This document shows, piece after piece, positions 1 to 10,461 of a DNA stretch of 64,000 nt. Made by a program: the position numbers and the translations under genes. The notes beneath the pieces were generated by a model. It worked only from the letters and a program-made list of their open reading frames with translations. It did no database searches and had not been told where the DNA came from. Each line of letters opens with the position of its first letter. The stretch's first letter is position 1. Origin of the DNA: Escherichia coli (GTDB taxonomy: Bacteria > Pseudomonadota > Gammaproteobacteria > Enterobacterales > Enterobacteriaceae); NCBI RefSeq assembly GCF_013122565.1, contig NZ_CP053258.1. One strand, given 5' to 3'.

Positions 1-188
1 TGGTAAGGAATATTACTTCTGGTTCTCAGTAAAATCCTTTCGTAATACTATGTAATCAAGAAGTTTATGGCTGGTAAAAATAACGTCTTGCATTCACCAA
101 TAATATGTAAATAAACCCATCTATAGATGGTAAAAATAGGTTGTGGCAATTATCATTGCATCATTCCCTTTTCGAATGAGTTTCTATT

Positions 189-1727
189 ATGCAACAACCT
201 GTAGTTCGCGTTGGCGAATGGCTTGTTACTCCGTCCATAAACCAAATTAGCCGCAATGGGCGTCAACTTACCCTTGAGCCGAGATTAATCGATCTTCTGG
301 TTTTCTTTGCTCAACACAGTGGCGAAGTACTTAGCAGGGATGAACTTATCGATAATGTCTGGAAGAGAAGTATTGTCACCAATCACGTTGTGACGCAGAG
401 TATCTCAGAACTACGTAAGTCATTAAAAGATAATGATGAAGATAGTCCTGTCTATATCGCTACTGTACCAAAGCGCGGCTATAAATTAATGGTGCCGGTT
501 ATCTGGTACAGCGAAGAAGAGGGAGAGGAAATAATGCTATCTTCGCCTCCCCCTATACCAGAGGCGGTTCCTGCCACAGATTCTCCCTCCCACAGTCTTA
601 ACATTCAAAACACCGCAACACCACCTGAACAATCCCCAGTTAGAAGCAAACGATTCACTACATTTTGGGTATGGTTTTTTTTCCTGTTGTCGTTAGGTAT
701 CTGTGTAGCACTGGTAGCGTTTTCAAGTCTTGATACACGTCTTCCGATGAGCAAATCGCGTATTTTGCTCAATCCACGCGATATTGACATTAATATGGTA
801 AATAAAAGTTGTAACAGCTGGAGTTCCCCGTATCAGCTCTCTTACGCGATAGGCGTGGGTGATTTGGTGGCAACATCACTTAACACCTTCTCCACCTTTA
901 TGGTGCATGACAAAATCAACTACAACATTGATGAACCGAGCAGTTCCGGTAAAACATTATCTATTGCGTTTGTTAATCAGCGCCAATACCGTGCTCAACA
1001 ATGCTTTATGTCGGTAAAATTGGTAGACAATGCAGATGGTTCAACCATGCTGGATAAACGTTATGTCATCACTAACGGCAATCAGCTGGCGATTCAAAAT
1101 GATTTACTGGATAGTTTATCAAAAGCGTTAAACCAACCGTGGCCACAACGAATGCAGGAGATGCTCCAGCAAATTTTGCCTCATCGTGGTGCGTTATTAA
1201 CTAATTTTTATCAGGCACATGATTATTTACTGCATGGCGATGATAAATCATTGAACCGTGCCAGTGAATTATTAGGTGAGATTGTTCAATCATCCCCAGA
1301 ATTTACCTACGCGAGAGCAGAAAAAGCATTAGTTGATATCGTGCGCCATTCTCAACATCCTTTAGATGAAAAACAATTAGCAGCACTGAACACAGAAATA
1401 GATAACATTGTTACACTACCGGAATTGAATAACCTGTCCATTATATATCAAATAAAAGCGGTCAGTGCTCTGGTAAAAGGTAAAACAGATGAGTCTTACC
1501 AGGCGATAAATACTGGCATTGATCTTGAAATGTCCTGGCTAAATTATGTATTGCTTGGCAAGGTTTATGAAATGAAGGGGATGAACCGGGAAGCAGCTGA
1601 TGCATATCTCACCGCCTTTAATTTACGCCCAGGGGCAAACACCCTTTACTGGATTGAAAATGGTATATTCCAGACTTCTGTTCCTTATGTTGTACCTTAT
1701 CTCGACAAATTTCTCGCTTCAGAATAA
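189..1727 (+). CDS. cadC: CadC, membrane-bound ToxR-like transcriptional activator of cadBA
   Basis: 512 aa ORF; N-terminal winged-helix DNA-binding domain, single TM segment (FTTFWVWFFFLLSLGICVALVAF), periplasmic sensor domain; sits upstream of cadB-cadA in the same orientation. Confidence 0.9.
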   Translation: MQQPVVRVGEWLVTPSINQISRNGRQLTLEPRLIDLLVFFAQHSGEVLSRDELIDNVWKRSIVTNHVVTQSISELRKSLKDNDEDSPVYIATVPKRGYKLMVPVIWYSEEEGEEIMLSSPPPIPEAVPATDSPSHSLNIQNTATPPEQSPVRSKRFTTFWVWFFFLLSLGICVALVAFSSLDTRLPMSKSRILLNPRDIDINMVNKSCNSWSSPYQLSYAIGVGDLVATSLNTFSTFMVHDKINYNIDEPSSSGKTLSIAFVNQRQYRAQQCFMSVKLVDNADGSTMLDKRYVITNGNQLAIQNDLLDSLSKALNQPWPQRMQEMLQQILPHRGALLTNFYQAHDYLLHGDDKSLNRASELLGEIVQSSPEFTYARAEKALVDIVRHSQHPLDEKQLAALNTEIDNIVTLPELNNLSIIYQIKAVSALVKGKTDESYQAINTGIDLEMSWLNYVLLGKVYEMKGMNREAADAYLTAFNLRPGANTLYWIENGIFQTSVPYVVPYLDKFLASE

Positions 1728-2092
1728 GTAACCCCCGGGTTGATTCATGCTCGGGAATATTTGTTGTTGAGTTTTTGTATGTTCCTGTTGGTATAATATG
1801 TTGCGGCAATTTATTTGCCGCATAATTTTTATTACATAAATTTAACCAGAAGACGTCACGCAATCTATTGTAAACATTGAATGTTTATCTTTTCATGATA
1901 TCAACTTGCGATCCTGATGTGTTAATAAAAAACCTCAAGTTCTCACTTACAGAAACTTTTGTGTTATTTCACCTAATCTTTAGGATTAATCCTTTTTTCG
2001 TGAGTAATCTTAGCGCCAGTTTGGTCTGGTCAGGAAATAGTTATACATCATGACCCGGACTCCAAATTCAAAAATGAAATTAGGAGAAGAGC
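1728..2092 (+). promoter_or_regulatory. cadC-cadB intergenic region, expected to hold the Pcad promoter and CadC binding sites
   Basis: 365 bp AT-rich non-coding gap directly upstream of cadB; individual binding sites not mapped by eye. Confidence 0.45.
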
Positions 2093-3427
2093 ATGAGTTC
2101 TGCCAAGAAGATCGGGCTATTTGCCTGTACCGGTGTTGTTGCCGGTAATATGATGGGGAGCGGTATTGCATTATTACCTGCGAACCTAGCAAGTATCGGT
2201 GGTATTGCTATCTGGGGTTGGATTATCTCTATTATTGGTGCAATGTCGCTGGCGTATGTATATGCCCGACTGGCAACAAAAAACCCGCAACAAGGTGGCC
2301 CAATTGCTTATGCCGGAGAAATTTCTCCTGCATTTGGTTTTCAGACAGGTGTTCTTTATTACCATGCTAACTGGATTGGTAACCTGGCGATTGGTATTAC
2401 CGCTGTATCTTATCTTTCCACCTTCTTCCCAGTATTAAATGATCCTGTTCCGGCGGGTATAGCCTGTATTGCTATCGTCTGGGTATTTACCTTTGTAAAT
2501 ATGCTCGGCGGTACCTGGGTAAGCCGTTTAACCACTATTGGTCTGGTGCTGGTTCTTATTCCTGTGGTGATGACTGCTATTGTTGGCTGGCATTGGTTTG
2601 ATGCGGCAACTTATGCAGCAAACTGGAATACTGCGGATACCACTGATGGTCATGCGATCATTAAAAGTATTCTGCTCTGCCTGTGGGCCTTCGTGGGTGT
2701 TGAATCCGCAGCTGTAAGTACTGGTATGGTTAAAAACCCGAAACGTACCGTTCCGCTGGCAACCATGCTGGGTACTGGTTTAGCAGGTATTGTTTACATC
2801 GCTGCGACTCAGGTGCTTTCCGGTATGTATCCGTCTTCTGTAATGGCGGCTTCCGGTGCTCCGTTTGCAATCAGTGCTTCAACTATCCTCGGTAACTGGG
2901 CTGCGCCGCTGGTTTCTGCATTCACCGCCTTTGCGTGCCTGACTTCTCTGGGCTCCTGGATGATGTTGGTAGGCCAGGCAGGTGTACGTGCCGCTAACGA
3001 CGGTAACTTCCCGAAAGTTTATGGTGAAGTCGACAGCAACGGTATTCCGAAAAAAGGTCTGCTGCTGGCTGCAGTGAAAATGACTGCCCTGATGATCCTC
3101 ATCACTCTGATGAACTCTGCCGGTGGTAAAGCATCTGACCTGTTCGGTGAACTGACCGGTATCGCAGTACTGCTGACTATGCTGCCGTACTTCTACTCTT
3201 GCGTTGACCTGATTCGTTTTGAAGGCGTTAACATCCGCAACTTTGTCAGCCTGATCTGCTCTGTACTGGGTTGCGTGTTCTGCTTCATCGCGCTGATGGG
3301 CGCAAGCTCCTTCGAGCTGGCAGGTACCTTCATCGTCAGCCTGATTATCCTGATGTTCTACGCTCGCAAAATGCACGAGCGCCAGAGCCACTCAATGGAT
3401 AACCACACCGCGTCTAACGCACATTAA
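2093..3427 (+). CDS. cadB: Lysine/cadaverine antiporter (APC family)
   Basis: 444 aa polytopic membrane protein with amino-acid antiporter signature; immediately upstream of cadA. Confidence 0.9.
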   Translation: MSSAKKIGLFACTGVVAGNMMGSGIALLPANLASIGGIAIWGWIISIIGAMSLAYVYARLATKNPQQGGPIAYAGEISPAFGFQTGVLYYHANWIGNLAIGITAVSYLSTFFPVLNDPVPAGIACIAIVWVFTFVNMLGGTWVSRLTTIGLVLVLIPVVMTAIVGWHWFDAATYAANWNTADTTDGHAIIKSILLCLWAFVGVESAAVSTGMVKNPKRTVPLATMLGTGLAGIVYIAATQVLSGMYPSSVMAASGAPFAISASTILGNWAAPLVSAFTAFACLTSLGSWMMLVGQAGVRAANDGNFPKVYGEVDSNGIPKKGLLLAAVKMTALMILITLMNSAGGKASDLFGELTGIAVLLTMLPYFYSCVDLIRFEGVNIRNFVSLICSVLGCVFCFIALMGASSFELAGTFIVSLIILMFYARKMHERQSHSMDNHTASNAH

Positions 3428-3506
3428 TTAAAAGTATTTTCCGAGGCTCCTCCTTTCATTTTGTCCCATGTGTTGGGAGGGGCCTTTTTTACCTGGAGAT
3501 ATGACT

Positions 3507-5654
3507 ATGAACGTTATTGCAATATTGAATCACATGGGGGTTTATTTTAAAGAAGAACCCATCCGTGAACTTCATCGCGCGCTTGAACGTCTGAACTTCC
3601 AGATTGTTTACCCGAACGACCGTGACGACTTATTAAAACTGATCGAAAACAATGCGCGTCTGTGCGGCGTTATTTTTGACTGGGATAAATATAATCTCGA
3701 GCTGTGCGAAGAAATTAGCAAAATGAACGAGAACCTGCCGTTGTACGCGTTCGCTAATACGTATTCCACTCTCGATGTAAGCCTGAATGACCTGCGTTTA
3801 CAGATTAGCTTCTTTGAATATGCGCTGGGTGCTGCTGAAGATATTGCTAATAAGATCAAGCAGACCACTGACGAATATATCAACACTATTCTGCCTCCGC
3901 TGACCAAAGCGCTGTTTAAATATGTTCGTGAAGGTAAATATACTTTCTGTACTCCTGGTCACATGGGCGGTACTGCATTCCAGAAAAGCCCGGTAGGTAG
4001 CCTGTTCTATGATTTCTTTGGTCCGAATACCATGAAATCTGATATTTCCATTTCAGTATCTGAACTGGGTTCTCTGCTGGATCACAGTGGTCCACACAAA
4101 GAAGCAGAACAGTATATCGCTCGCGTCTTTAACGCAGACCGCAGCTACATGGTGACCAACGGTACTTCCACTGCGAACAAAATTGTTGGTATGTACTCTG
4201 CTCCGGCAGGCAGCACCATTCTGATTGACCGTAACTGCCACAAATCGCTGACCCACCTGATGATGATGAGCGATGTTACGCCAATCTATTTCCGCCCGAC
4301 CCGTAACGCTTACGGTATTCTTGGTGGTATCCCACAGAGTGAATTCCAGCACGCTACCATTGCTAAGCGCGTGAAAGAAACACCAAACGCAACCTGGCCG
4401 GTACATGCTGTAATTACTAACTCTACCTATGATGGTCTGCTGTACAACACCGACTTCATCAAGAAAACACTGGATGTGAAATCCATCCACTTTGACTCCG
4501 CGTGGGTACCTTACACCAACTTCTCACCGATTTACGAAGGTAAATGCGGTATGAGCGGTGGCCGTGTAGAAGGGAAAGTGATTTACGAAACCCAGTCTAC
4601 TCACAAACTGCTGGCGGCGTTCTCTCAGGCTTCCATGATCCACGTTAAAGGTGACGTAAACGAAGAAACCTTTAACGAAGCCTACATGATGCACACCACC
4701 ACTTCTCCGCACTACGGTATCGTGGCGTCCACTGAAACCGCTGCGGCGATGATGAAAGGCAATGCAGGTAAGCGTCTGATCAACGGTTCCATTGAACGTG
4801 CGATCAAATTCCGTAAAGAGATCAAACGTCTGAGAACGGAATCTGATGGCTGGTTCTTTGATGTATGGCAACCGGATCATATCGATACGACTGAATGCTG
4901 GCCGCTGCGTTCTGACAGCACCTGGCACGGCTTCAAAAACATCGATAACGAGCACATGTATCTTGACCCGATCAAAGTCACCCTGCTGACTCCGGGGATG
5001 GAAAAAGACGGCACCATGAGCGACTTTGGTATTCCGGCCAGCATCGTGGCGAAATACCTCGACGAACATGGCATCGTTGTTGAGAAAACCGGTCCGTATA
5101 ACCTGCTGTTCCTGTTCAGCATCGGTATCGATAAGACCAAAGCACTGAGCCTGCTGCGTGCTCTGACTGACTTCAAACGTGCGTTCGACCTGAACCTGCG
5201 TGTGAAAAACATGCTGCCGTCTCTGTATCGTGAAGATCCTGAATTCTATGAAAACATGCGTATTCAGGAACTGGCTCAGAATATCCACAAACTGATTGTT
5301 CACCACAATCTGCCGGATCTGATGTATCGCGCATTTGAAGTGCTGCCGACAATGGTAATGACTCCGTATGCTGCGTTCCAGAAAGAGCTGCACGGTATGA
5401 CCGAAGAAGTTTACCTCGACGAAATGGTAGGTCGTATTAACGCCAATATGATCCTTCCATATCCGCCGGGAGTTCCTCTGGTAATGCCGGGTGAAATGAT
5501 CACCGAAGAAAGCCGTCCGGTTCTGGAGTTCCTGCAGATGCTGTGTGAAATCGGCGCTCACTATCCGGGCTTTGAAACCGATATTCACGGTGCATACCGT
5601 CAGGCTGATGGCCGCTATACCGTTAAGGTATTGAAAGAAGAAAGCAAAAAATAA
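3507..5654 (+). CDS. cadA: Inducible lysine decarboxylase (PLP-dependent)
   Basis: ORF 3468..5654; start placed at the in-frame ATG (MNVIAILNHMG...) giving 715 aa; Orn/Lys/Arg decarboxylase fold with SxHK PLP motif. Confidence 0.9.
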   Translation: MNVIAILNHMGVYFKEEPIRELHRALERLNFQIVYPNDRDDLLKLIENNARLCGVIFDWDKYNLELCEEISKMNENLPLYAFANTYSTLDVSLNDLRLQISFFEYALGAAEDIANKIKQTTDEYINTILPPLTKALFKYVREGKYTFCTPGHMGGTAFQKSPVGSLFYDFFGPNTMKSDISISVSELGSLLDHSGPHKEAEQYIARVFNADRSYMVTNGTSTANKIVGMYSAPAGSTILIDRNCHKSLTHLMMMSDVTPIYFRPTRNAYGILGGIPQSEFQHATIAKRVKETPNATWPVHAVITNSTYDGLLYNTDFIKKTLDVKSIHFDSAWVPYTNFSPIYEGKCGMSGGRVEGKVIYETQSTHKLLAAFSQASMIHVKGDVNEETFNEAYMMHTTTSPHYGIVASTETAAAMMKGNAGKRLINGSIERAIKFRKEIKRLRTESDGWFFDVWQPDHIDTTECWPLRSDSTWHGFKNIDNEHMYLDPIKVTLLTPGMEKDGTMSDFGIPASIVAKYLDEHGIVVEKTGPYNLLFLFSIGIDKTKALSLLRALTDFKRAFDLNLRVKNMLPSLYREDPEFYENMRIQELAQNIHKLIVHHNLPDLMYRAFEVLPTMVMTPYAAFQKELHGMTEEVYLDEMVGRINANMILPYPPGVPLVMPGEMITEESRPVLEFLQMLCEIGAHYPGFETDIHGAYRQADGRYTVKVLKEESKK

Positions 5655-5667
5655 TTAGCTCGTACAA

Positions 5668-5696
5668 GGGAAGTGGCTTGCCACTTCCCTTTTTTG
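5668..5696 (+). terminator. Rho-independent terminator after cadA
   Basis: GC-rich hairpin (gggaagtgg...ccacttccc) followed by a T6 run, 14 bp after the cadA stop. Confidence 0.7.
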
Positions 5697-5712
5697 CTCA
5701 TAAGGAGAACAC

Positions 5713-7170
5713 ATGAAAACACCCTCACAGCCGCGCGCGATATACTATATCGTGGCGATCCAAATCTGGGAGTACTTCAGTTTTTACGGCATGCGTGCCT
5801 TACTCATTCTCTATCTCACCCATCAGCTTGGTTTTGATGATAACCATGCCATCAGCCTGTTCAGCGCATATGCTTCTCTGGTTTACGTTACCCCTATTCT
5901 CGGCGGCTGGCTTGCCGACCGCCTGCTCGGCAACCGCACTGCAGTGATTGCCGGCGCGCTGTTAATGACCCTTGGCCATGTGGTGCTGGGCATTGATACA
6001 AATTCAACCTTTAGCCTGTATCTGGCGCTGGCAATCATTATTTGTGGCTACGGTTTATTCAAATCAAACATCAGCTGTTTGCTTGGCGAGCTCTACGACG
6101 AGAACGATCATCGACGTGATGGCGGTTTTTCGCTGCTGTATGCTGCGGGCAATATCGGTTCTATCGCCGCCCCCATCGCCTGCGGCCTAGCTGCTCAGTG
6201 GTATGGATGGCATGTTGGCTTTGCCCTTGCGGGTGGCGGCATGTTTATCGGTTTGTTGATTTTCTTAAGCGGTCATCGTCATTTCCAGTCCACGCGTAGT
6301 ATGGATAAAAAAGCGCTCACTAGCGTGAAATTTGCCTTACCAGTATGGAGCTGGTTAGTGGTGATGCTCTGTTTAGCCCCAGTATTTTTTACCCTGCTGC
6401 TGGAGAACGACTGGTCCGGATATTTGCTGGCGATCGTTTGCCTCATTGCCGCACAAATCATTGCCCGCATGATGATCAAATTCCCCGAACACCGCCGTGC
6501 TCTTTGGCAAATTGTATTGTTGATGTTTGTCGGGACATTGTTCTGGGTACTGGCACAACAGGGCGGCAGTACCATCAGCTTGTTTATCGATCGCTTTGTG
6601 AATCGTCAGGCATTCAATATTGAAGTACCTACAGCACTATTCCAGTCGGTGAATGCAATTGCGGTGATGCTCGCTGGGGTTGTTCTGGCCTGGCTGGCGT
6701 CGCCAGAAAGTCACGGCAACTCAACATTGCGCGTCTGGCTGAAGTTTGCCTTTGGCTTACTGCTGATGGCTTGTGGGTTTATGTTGCTGGCATTTGATGC
6801 CCGACATGCAGCAGCTGACGGTCAAGCGTCAATGGGCGTGATGATATCCGGGCTGGCGCTAATGGGCTTTGCCGAACTCTTTATTGACCCGGTGGCGATT
6901 GCGCAAATCACGCGTCTGAAAATGTCTGGCGTATTAACCGGTATTTATATGCTGGCAACAGGCGCGGTCGCCAACTGGCTGGCAGGCGTCGTGGCACAGC
7001 AGACGACAGAGTCGCAAATTAGCGGTATGGCAATTGCAGCTTACCAGCGATTCTTTTCTCAGATGGGAGAGTGGACGTTGGCTTGTGTCGCGATCATCGT
7101 GGTATTGGCCTTTGCTACCCGTTTTCTGTTTAGCACGCCGACGAATATGATACAGGAGAGCAACGATTAA
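5713..7170 (+). CDS. dtpC: Dipeptide/tripeptide:proton symporter (POT/PTR2 family)
   Basis: 485 aa MFS-type permease; position between cadA and lysU matches dtpC (yjdL). Confidence 0.85.
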   Translation: MKTPSQPRAIYYIVAIQIWEYFSFYGMRALLILYLTHQLGFDDNHAISLFSAYASLVYVTPILGGWLADRLLGNRTAVIAGALLMTLGHVVLGIDTNSTFSLYLALAIIICGYGLFKSNISCLLGELYDENDHRRDGGFSLLYAAGNIGSIAAPIACGLAAQWYGWHVGFALAGGGMFIGLLIFLSGHRHFQSTRSMDKKALTSVKFALPVWSWLVVMLCLAPVFFTLLLENDWSGYLLAIVCLIAAQIIARMMIKFPEHRRALWQIVLLMFVGTLFWVLAQQGGSTISLFIDRFVNRQAFNIEVPTALFQSVNAIAVMLAGVVLAWLASPESHGNSTLRVWLKFAFGLLLMACGFMLLAFDARHAAADGQASMGVMISGLALMGFAELFIDPVAIAQITRLKMSGVLTGIYMLATGAVANWLAGVVAQQTTESQISGMAIAAYQRFFSQMGEWTLACVAIIVVLAFATRFLFSTPTNMIQESND

Positions 7171-7406
7171 CTGTCGTAAAAACAATTGGTTATGAATAAA
7201 TTAACTTTCAGCTTATAACACTAGCAAATCGAGATTAATAAGTCATTTAAACCATTTCGATGGTTATTTATTAGTGATATCAACTTGAGGTAAGCGTTAG
7301 TTTCGATAAGATAAACTGAGTTATTAATAGTCGAGGCAGATAATACAGTGTACCGATCTGTCTCTTTATCTACGCTAAATTGAAAGCTGGATTTAGAGGA
7401 ACCAAA

Positions 7407-8924
7407 ATGTCTGAACAAGAAACACGGGGAGCCAATGAGGCTATTGATTTTAACGATGAACTGAGAAATCGCCGCGAAAAACTGGCGGCACTACGTCAGC
7501 AAGGTGTGGCGTTTCCCAATGATTTTCGCCGCGACCATACCTCTGACCAGTTGCACGAAGAGTTTGATGCGAAGGATAACCAGGAACTGGAATCCTTAAA
7601 CATTGAAGTCTCGGTTGCTGGCCGAATGATGACCCGTCGTATCATGGGGAAAGCCTCCTTTGTAACGTTGCAGGATGTCGGTGGCCGTATTCAACTGTAC
7701 GTCGCACGAGATAGCCTGCCAGAAGGTGTTTATAACGATCAGTTTAAAAAATGGGATCTGGGTGACATTATCGGTGCCCGCGGTACGCTGTTTAAGACGC
7801 AAACGGGTGAGCTTTCCATTCACTGTACTGAGCTGCGCCTGCTGACTAAAGCACTACGTCCTTTACCAGATAAATTCCATGGTCTGCAGGATCAGGAAGT
7901 CCGTTATCGTCAACGTTATCTGGACCTCATCGCTAACGATAAATCCCGTCAAACGTTTGTTGTCCGTTCAAAAATTCTGGCCGCTATCCGCCAGTTCATG
8001 GTCGCGCGCGGCTTTATGGAAGTAGAAACCCCGATGATGCAGGTAATTCCAGGTGGGGCATCTGCTCGCCCGTTTATTACCCATCATAACGCTCTGGATT
8101 TAGATATGTATCTGCGTATCGCGCCGGAGCTGTATCTGAAACGTCTGGTTGTAGGCGGTTTTGAACGGGTATTCGAAATCAACCGTAACTTCCGTAATGA
8201 AGGTATTTCTGTTCGCCATAATCCTGAGTTCACAATGATGGAACTCTACATGGCGTATGCGGATTACCACGATTTGATTGAACTGACAGAGTCACTGTTC
8301 CGCACCCTGGCACAAGAGGTTCTGGGTACCACTAAAGTCACTTATGGCGAGCATGTGTTTGATTTCGGCAAACCGTTTGAAAAACTCACCATGCGCGAAG
8401 CAATCAAAAAATATCGTCCAGAAACCGATATGGCCGACCTGGATAATTTTGATGCTGCTAAAGCATTAGCTGAATCTATCGGAATTACGGTAGAGAAAAG
8501 CTGGGGGCTGGGACGTATTGTCACGGAGATCTTTGATGAAGTGGCAGAAGCACATCTGATTCAGCCAACCTTTATTACGGAATATCCGGCAGAAGTGTCA
8601 CCGCTGGCGCGCCGTAATGATGTTAACCCAGAAATCACCGACCGTTTTGAATTCTTCATCGGTGGTCGTGAAATCGGTAATGGTTTTAGCGAATTAAACG
8701 ACGCAGAAGATCAGGCTGAACGTTTCCAGGAACAGGTTAACGCTAAAGCTGCAGGTGACGACGAAGCCATGTTCTATGACGAAGATTACGTGACTGCGCT
8801 GGAATATGGTCTGCCGCCAACCGCTGGCCTGGGTATTGGCATCGACCGAATGATTATGCTGTTTACTAACAGCCATACTATTCGCGACGTTATTCTCTTC
8901 CCGGCGATGCGCCCACAGAAATAA
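7407..8924 (+). CDS. lysU: Lysyl-tRNA synthetase, inducible isoform
   Basis: ORF 7380..8924; start at MSEQETRG gives 505 aa; class II aaRS motifs and N-terminal OB anticodon-binding domain; position next to the cad locus identifies it as lysU rather than lysS. Confidence 0.9.
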
Positions 8925-8935
8925 ATTTCACTTTA

Positions 8936-8969
8936 ATGAACGAAGCAGTCAGGCGACTGCTTCGTTCAT
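8936..8969. terminator. Inverted repeat between the convergent lysU and ghoT genes, possible bidirectional terminator
   Basis: 15 bp perfect stem (atgaacgaagcagtc / gactgcttcgttcat) with a 4 nt loop; no strong T-tract on the + strand. Confidence 0.4.
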
Positions 8970-9042
8970 CGTTCCGCAAATCCAGTTTTGAGGAGAGACG
9001 CTTCGTTTCACGATAACCAGCGGGTCCACTCAACTACAGCTC

Positions 9043-9216
9043 CTAAAAGAGAGAAAAAAGTAATGCCACGGGCAGACTCATTGGCCAGGTTATTCCGACC
9101 AGGAATGCACTAAGTAAACGAATATGTGTTTTCTCATGTGAGATAAACCAGATAATGACAAAGGATATGTTCACACCAATCACATAAAAAATTAATATTT
9201 TAGAGAATAGCGCCAT
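9043..9216 (-). CDS. ghoT: GhoT, small membrane toxin of the type V toxin-antitoxin pair
   Basis: Not in the ORF track (57 aa, below cutoff); translated by hand on the minus strand: MALFSKILIFYV...LFSLF then stop; hydrophobic two-helix peptide directly downstream of ghoS on the same strand. Confidence 0.75.
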   Translation of the reverse strand: MALFSKILIFYVIGVNISFVIIWFISHEKTHIRLLSAFLVGITWPMSLPVALLFSLF

Positions 9217-9243
9217 TTTTTATGTTCTTCTTATCCTTCCTGG

Positions 9244-9540
9244 CTACTTGTAAAACTGACGGAAATAGTCATCAACTGTCATAATGTTGAGGTCAAAATC
9301 AATATCCGGTAAGTCTAAGCATTTAAGCCTGATTAAATCTTCGATTTCACTTGCGGCTAACGATGTCGTTATTGCGAAGGAATTTTCATTCAATTGTCGT
9401 GGTATCCCATATTCATCAGCCACGATAGAAGAGAAATTCATATCATACATCAATGATCTTAACCTTAAGAACACTGAGGAATAAGATGATGGATAATCAA
9501 AAGAAACAACATAAGTATTGAACTTGTTTTTACCTTCCAT
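9244..9540 (-). CDS. ghoS: GhoS, antitoxin endoribonuclease of the type V toxin-antitoxin pair
   Basis: 98 aa ORF (MEGKNKFNTYVVSFDYPSSY...); immediately upstream of ghoT on the same strand; matches YjdK/GhoS. Confidence 0.8.
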   Translation of the reverse strand: MEGKNKFNTYVVSFDYPSSYSSVFLRLRSLMYDMNFSSIVADEYGIPRQLNENSFAITTSLAASEIEDLIRLKCLDLPDIDFDLNIMTVDDYFRQFYK

Positions 9541-9766
9541 AATATGACTCCTATCAATATTAAACGCTCTGGGGACGCAAAACTTATTAACCCCGATTGA
9601 TGATTCTCATATAGGAGATATTCTTTTTTTTGCTCAGTAAAGGGGATGACTTGGGACAAAAAAACGCTCTCTCTGCCCATTCTTTGTGCATCCCCCTACC
9701 CTTCAGATGCTCTCCTGCATCACTCCGCGGAGAGCATGAAAAATATCGTGAATCTGTACTCTCCCA

Positions 9767-10039
9767 TCAACTGCGAATATCATCATACTCCCGCGTTTTA
9801 TCAAATTCGTGTTTCGCAAATGGACATAATGGGATAATTTTTCGTTTTTCCCGACGCATTTTTTCCACGACTTTCGCAACCAGCTGTTTACCAATCCCTT
9901 GCCCTTTCAGGCTTTCATCGACATCGGTATGTTCGATAATCGCTAAATTCTCTCCAGTCGGCACAAAGACAATTTCAGCGATTTGCTTGCCCTGTTCGTC
10001 ATTAATGTAAAATTTATTGTGGCCTTCGCGTATTTCCAT
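9767..10039 (-). CDS. yjdJ: Small GNAT-family acetyltransferase-like protein
   Basis: 90 aa ORF; position between ghoS and yjdI. Confidence 0.75.
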   Translation of the reverse strand: MEIREGHNKFYINDEQGKQIAEIVFVPTGENLAIIEHTDVDESLKGQGIGKQLVAKVVEKMRREKRKIIPLCPFAKHEFDKTREYDDIRS

Positions 10040-10050
10040 TTTACCCTCGC

Positions 10051-10281
10051 TTATTTATGACGGTATTTCAGCGCGCCGCTCGGGCACGTATCAATCACTT
10101 TAACCACAGTGGCGACGTCGACTTCATCCGGCATGATCCACGGCTTTCGTTTGAGATTAAATAACTTGCCGTTGCCACGTACGCAATTGCCAGAATGCTG
10201 ACATATCGCAGTGTTGAAATAGACATCGATCTTTTCGCCGGTATAACAGCGATAACCCTCGTCCAGTAGCGCCTGATCCAT
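10051..10281 (-). CDS. yjdI: Small cysteine-rich protein of unknown function
   Basis: 76 aa ORF with CxxC...C motifs; conserved position upstream of dcuS. Confidence 0.75.
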   Translation of the reverse strand: MDQALLDEGYRCYTGEKIDVYFNTAICQHSGNCVRGNGKLFNLKRKPWIMPDEVDVATVVKVIDTCPSGALKYRHK

Positions 10282-10461
10282 GACCTTCCCTCTCTCATCA
10301 GTATGGTTTTCACTATAAGCATAGCCCTGGAATCTTCATACAGCACTGGCAGTTTCCGTTGCCAGAGTCTCTTCCCCTATATAGCCAATCATTCTTACTC
10401 CCTTTGAATTACCCGCCTCATCAGAGATAATGCTTAAGAAATTTGTCACACAAGGAAGCTG

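Noticed and set aside
3468-3506. N-terminal extension of cadA (MCWEGPFLPGDMT...) from the ORF track
   Set aside because: The track opens on a non-ATG upstream codon; the in-frame ATG at 3507 gives the canonical 715 aa decarboxylase.
4524-5588. 354 aa ORF on the minus strand inside cadA (and a nested 111 aa ORF at 4877..5212)
   Set aside because: Lies entirely antisense to a strongly supported gene; no ribosome-binding site or domain signature; long antisense ORFs are expected by chance in GC-rich coding sequence.
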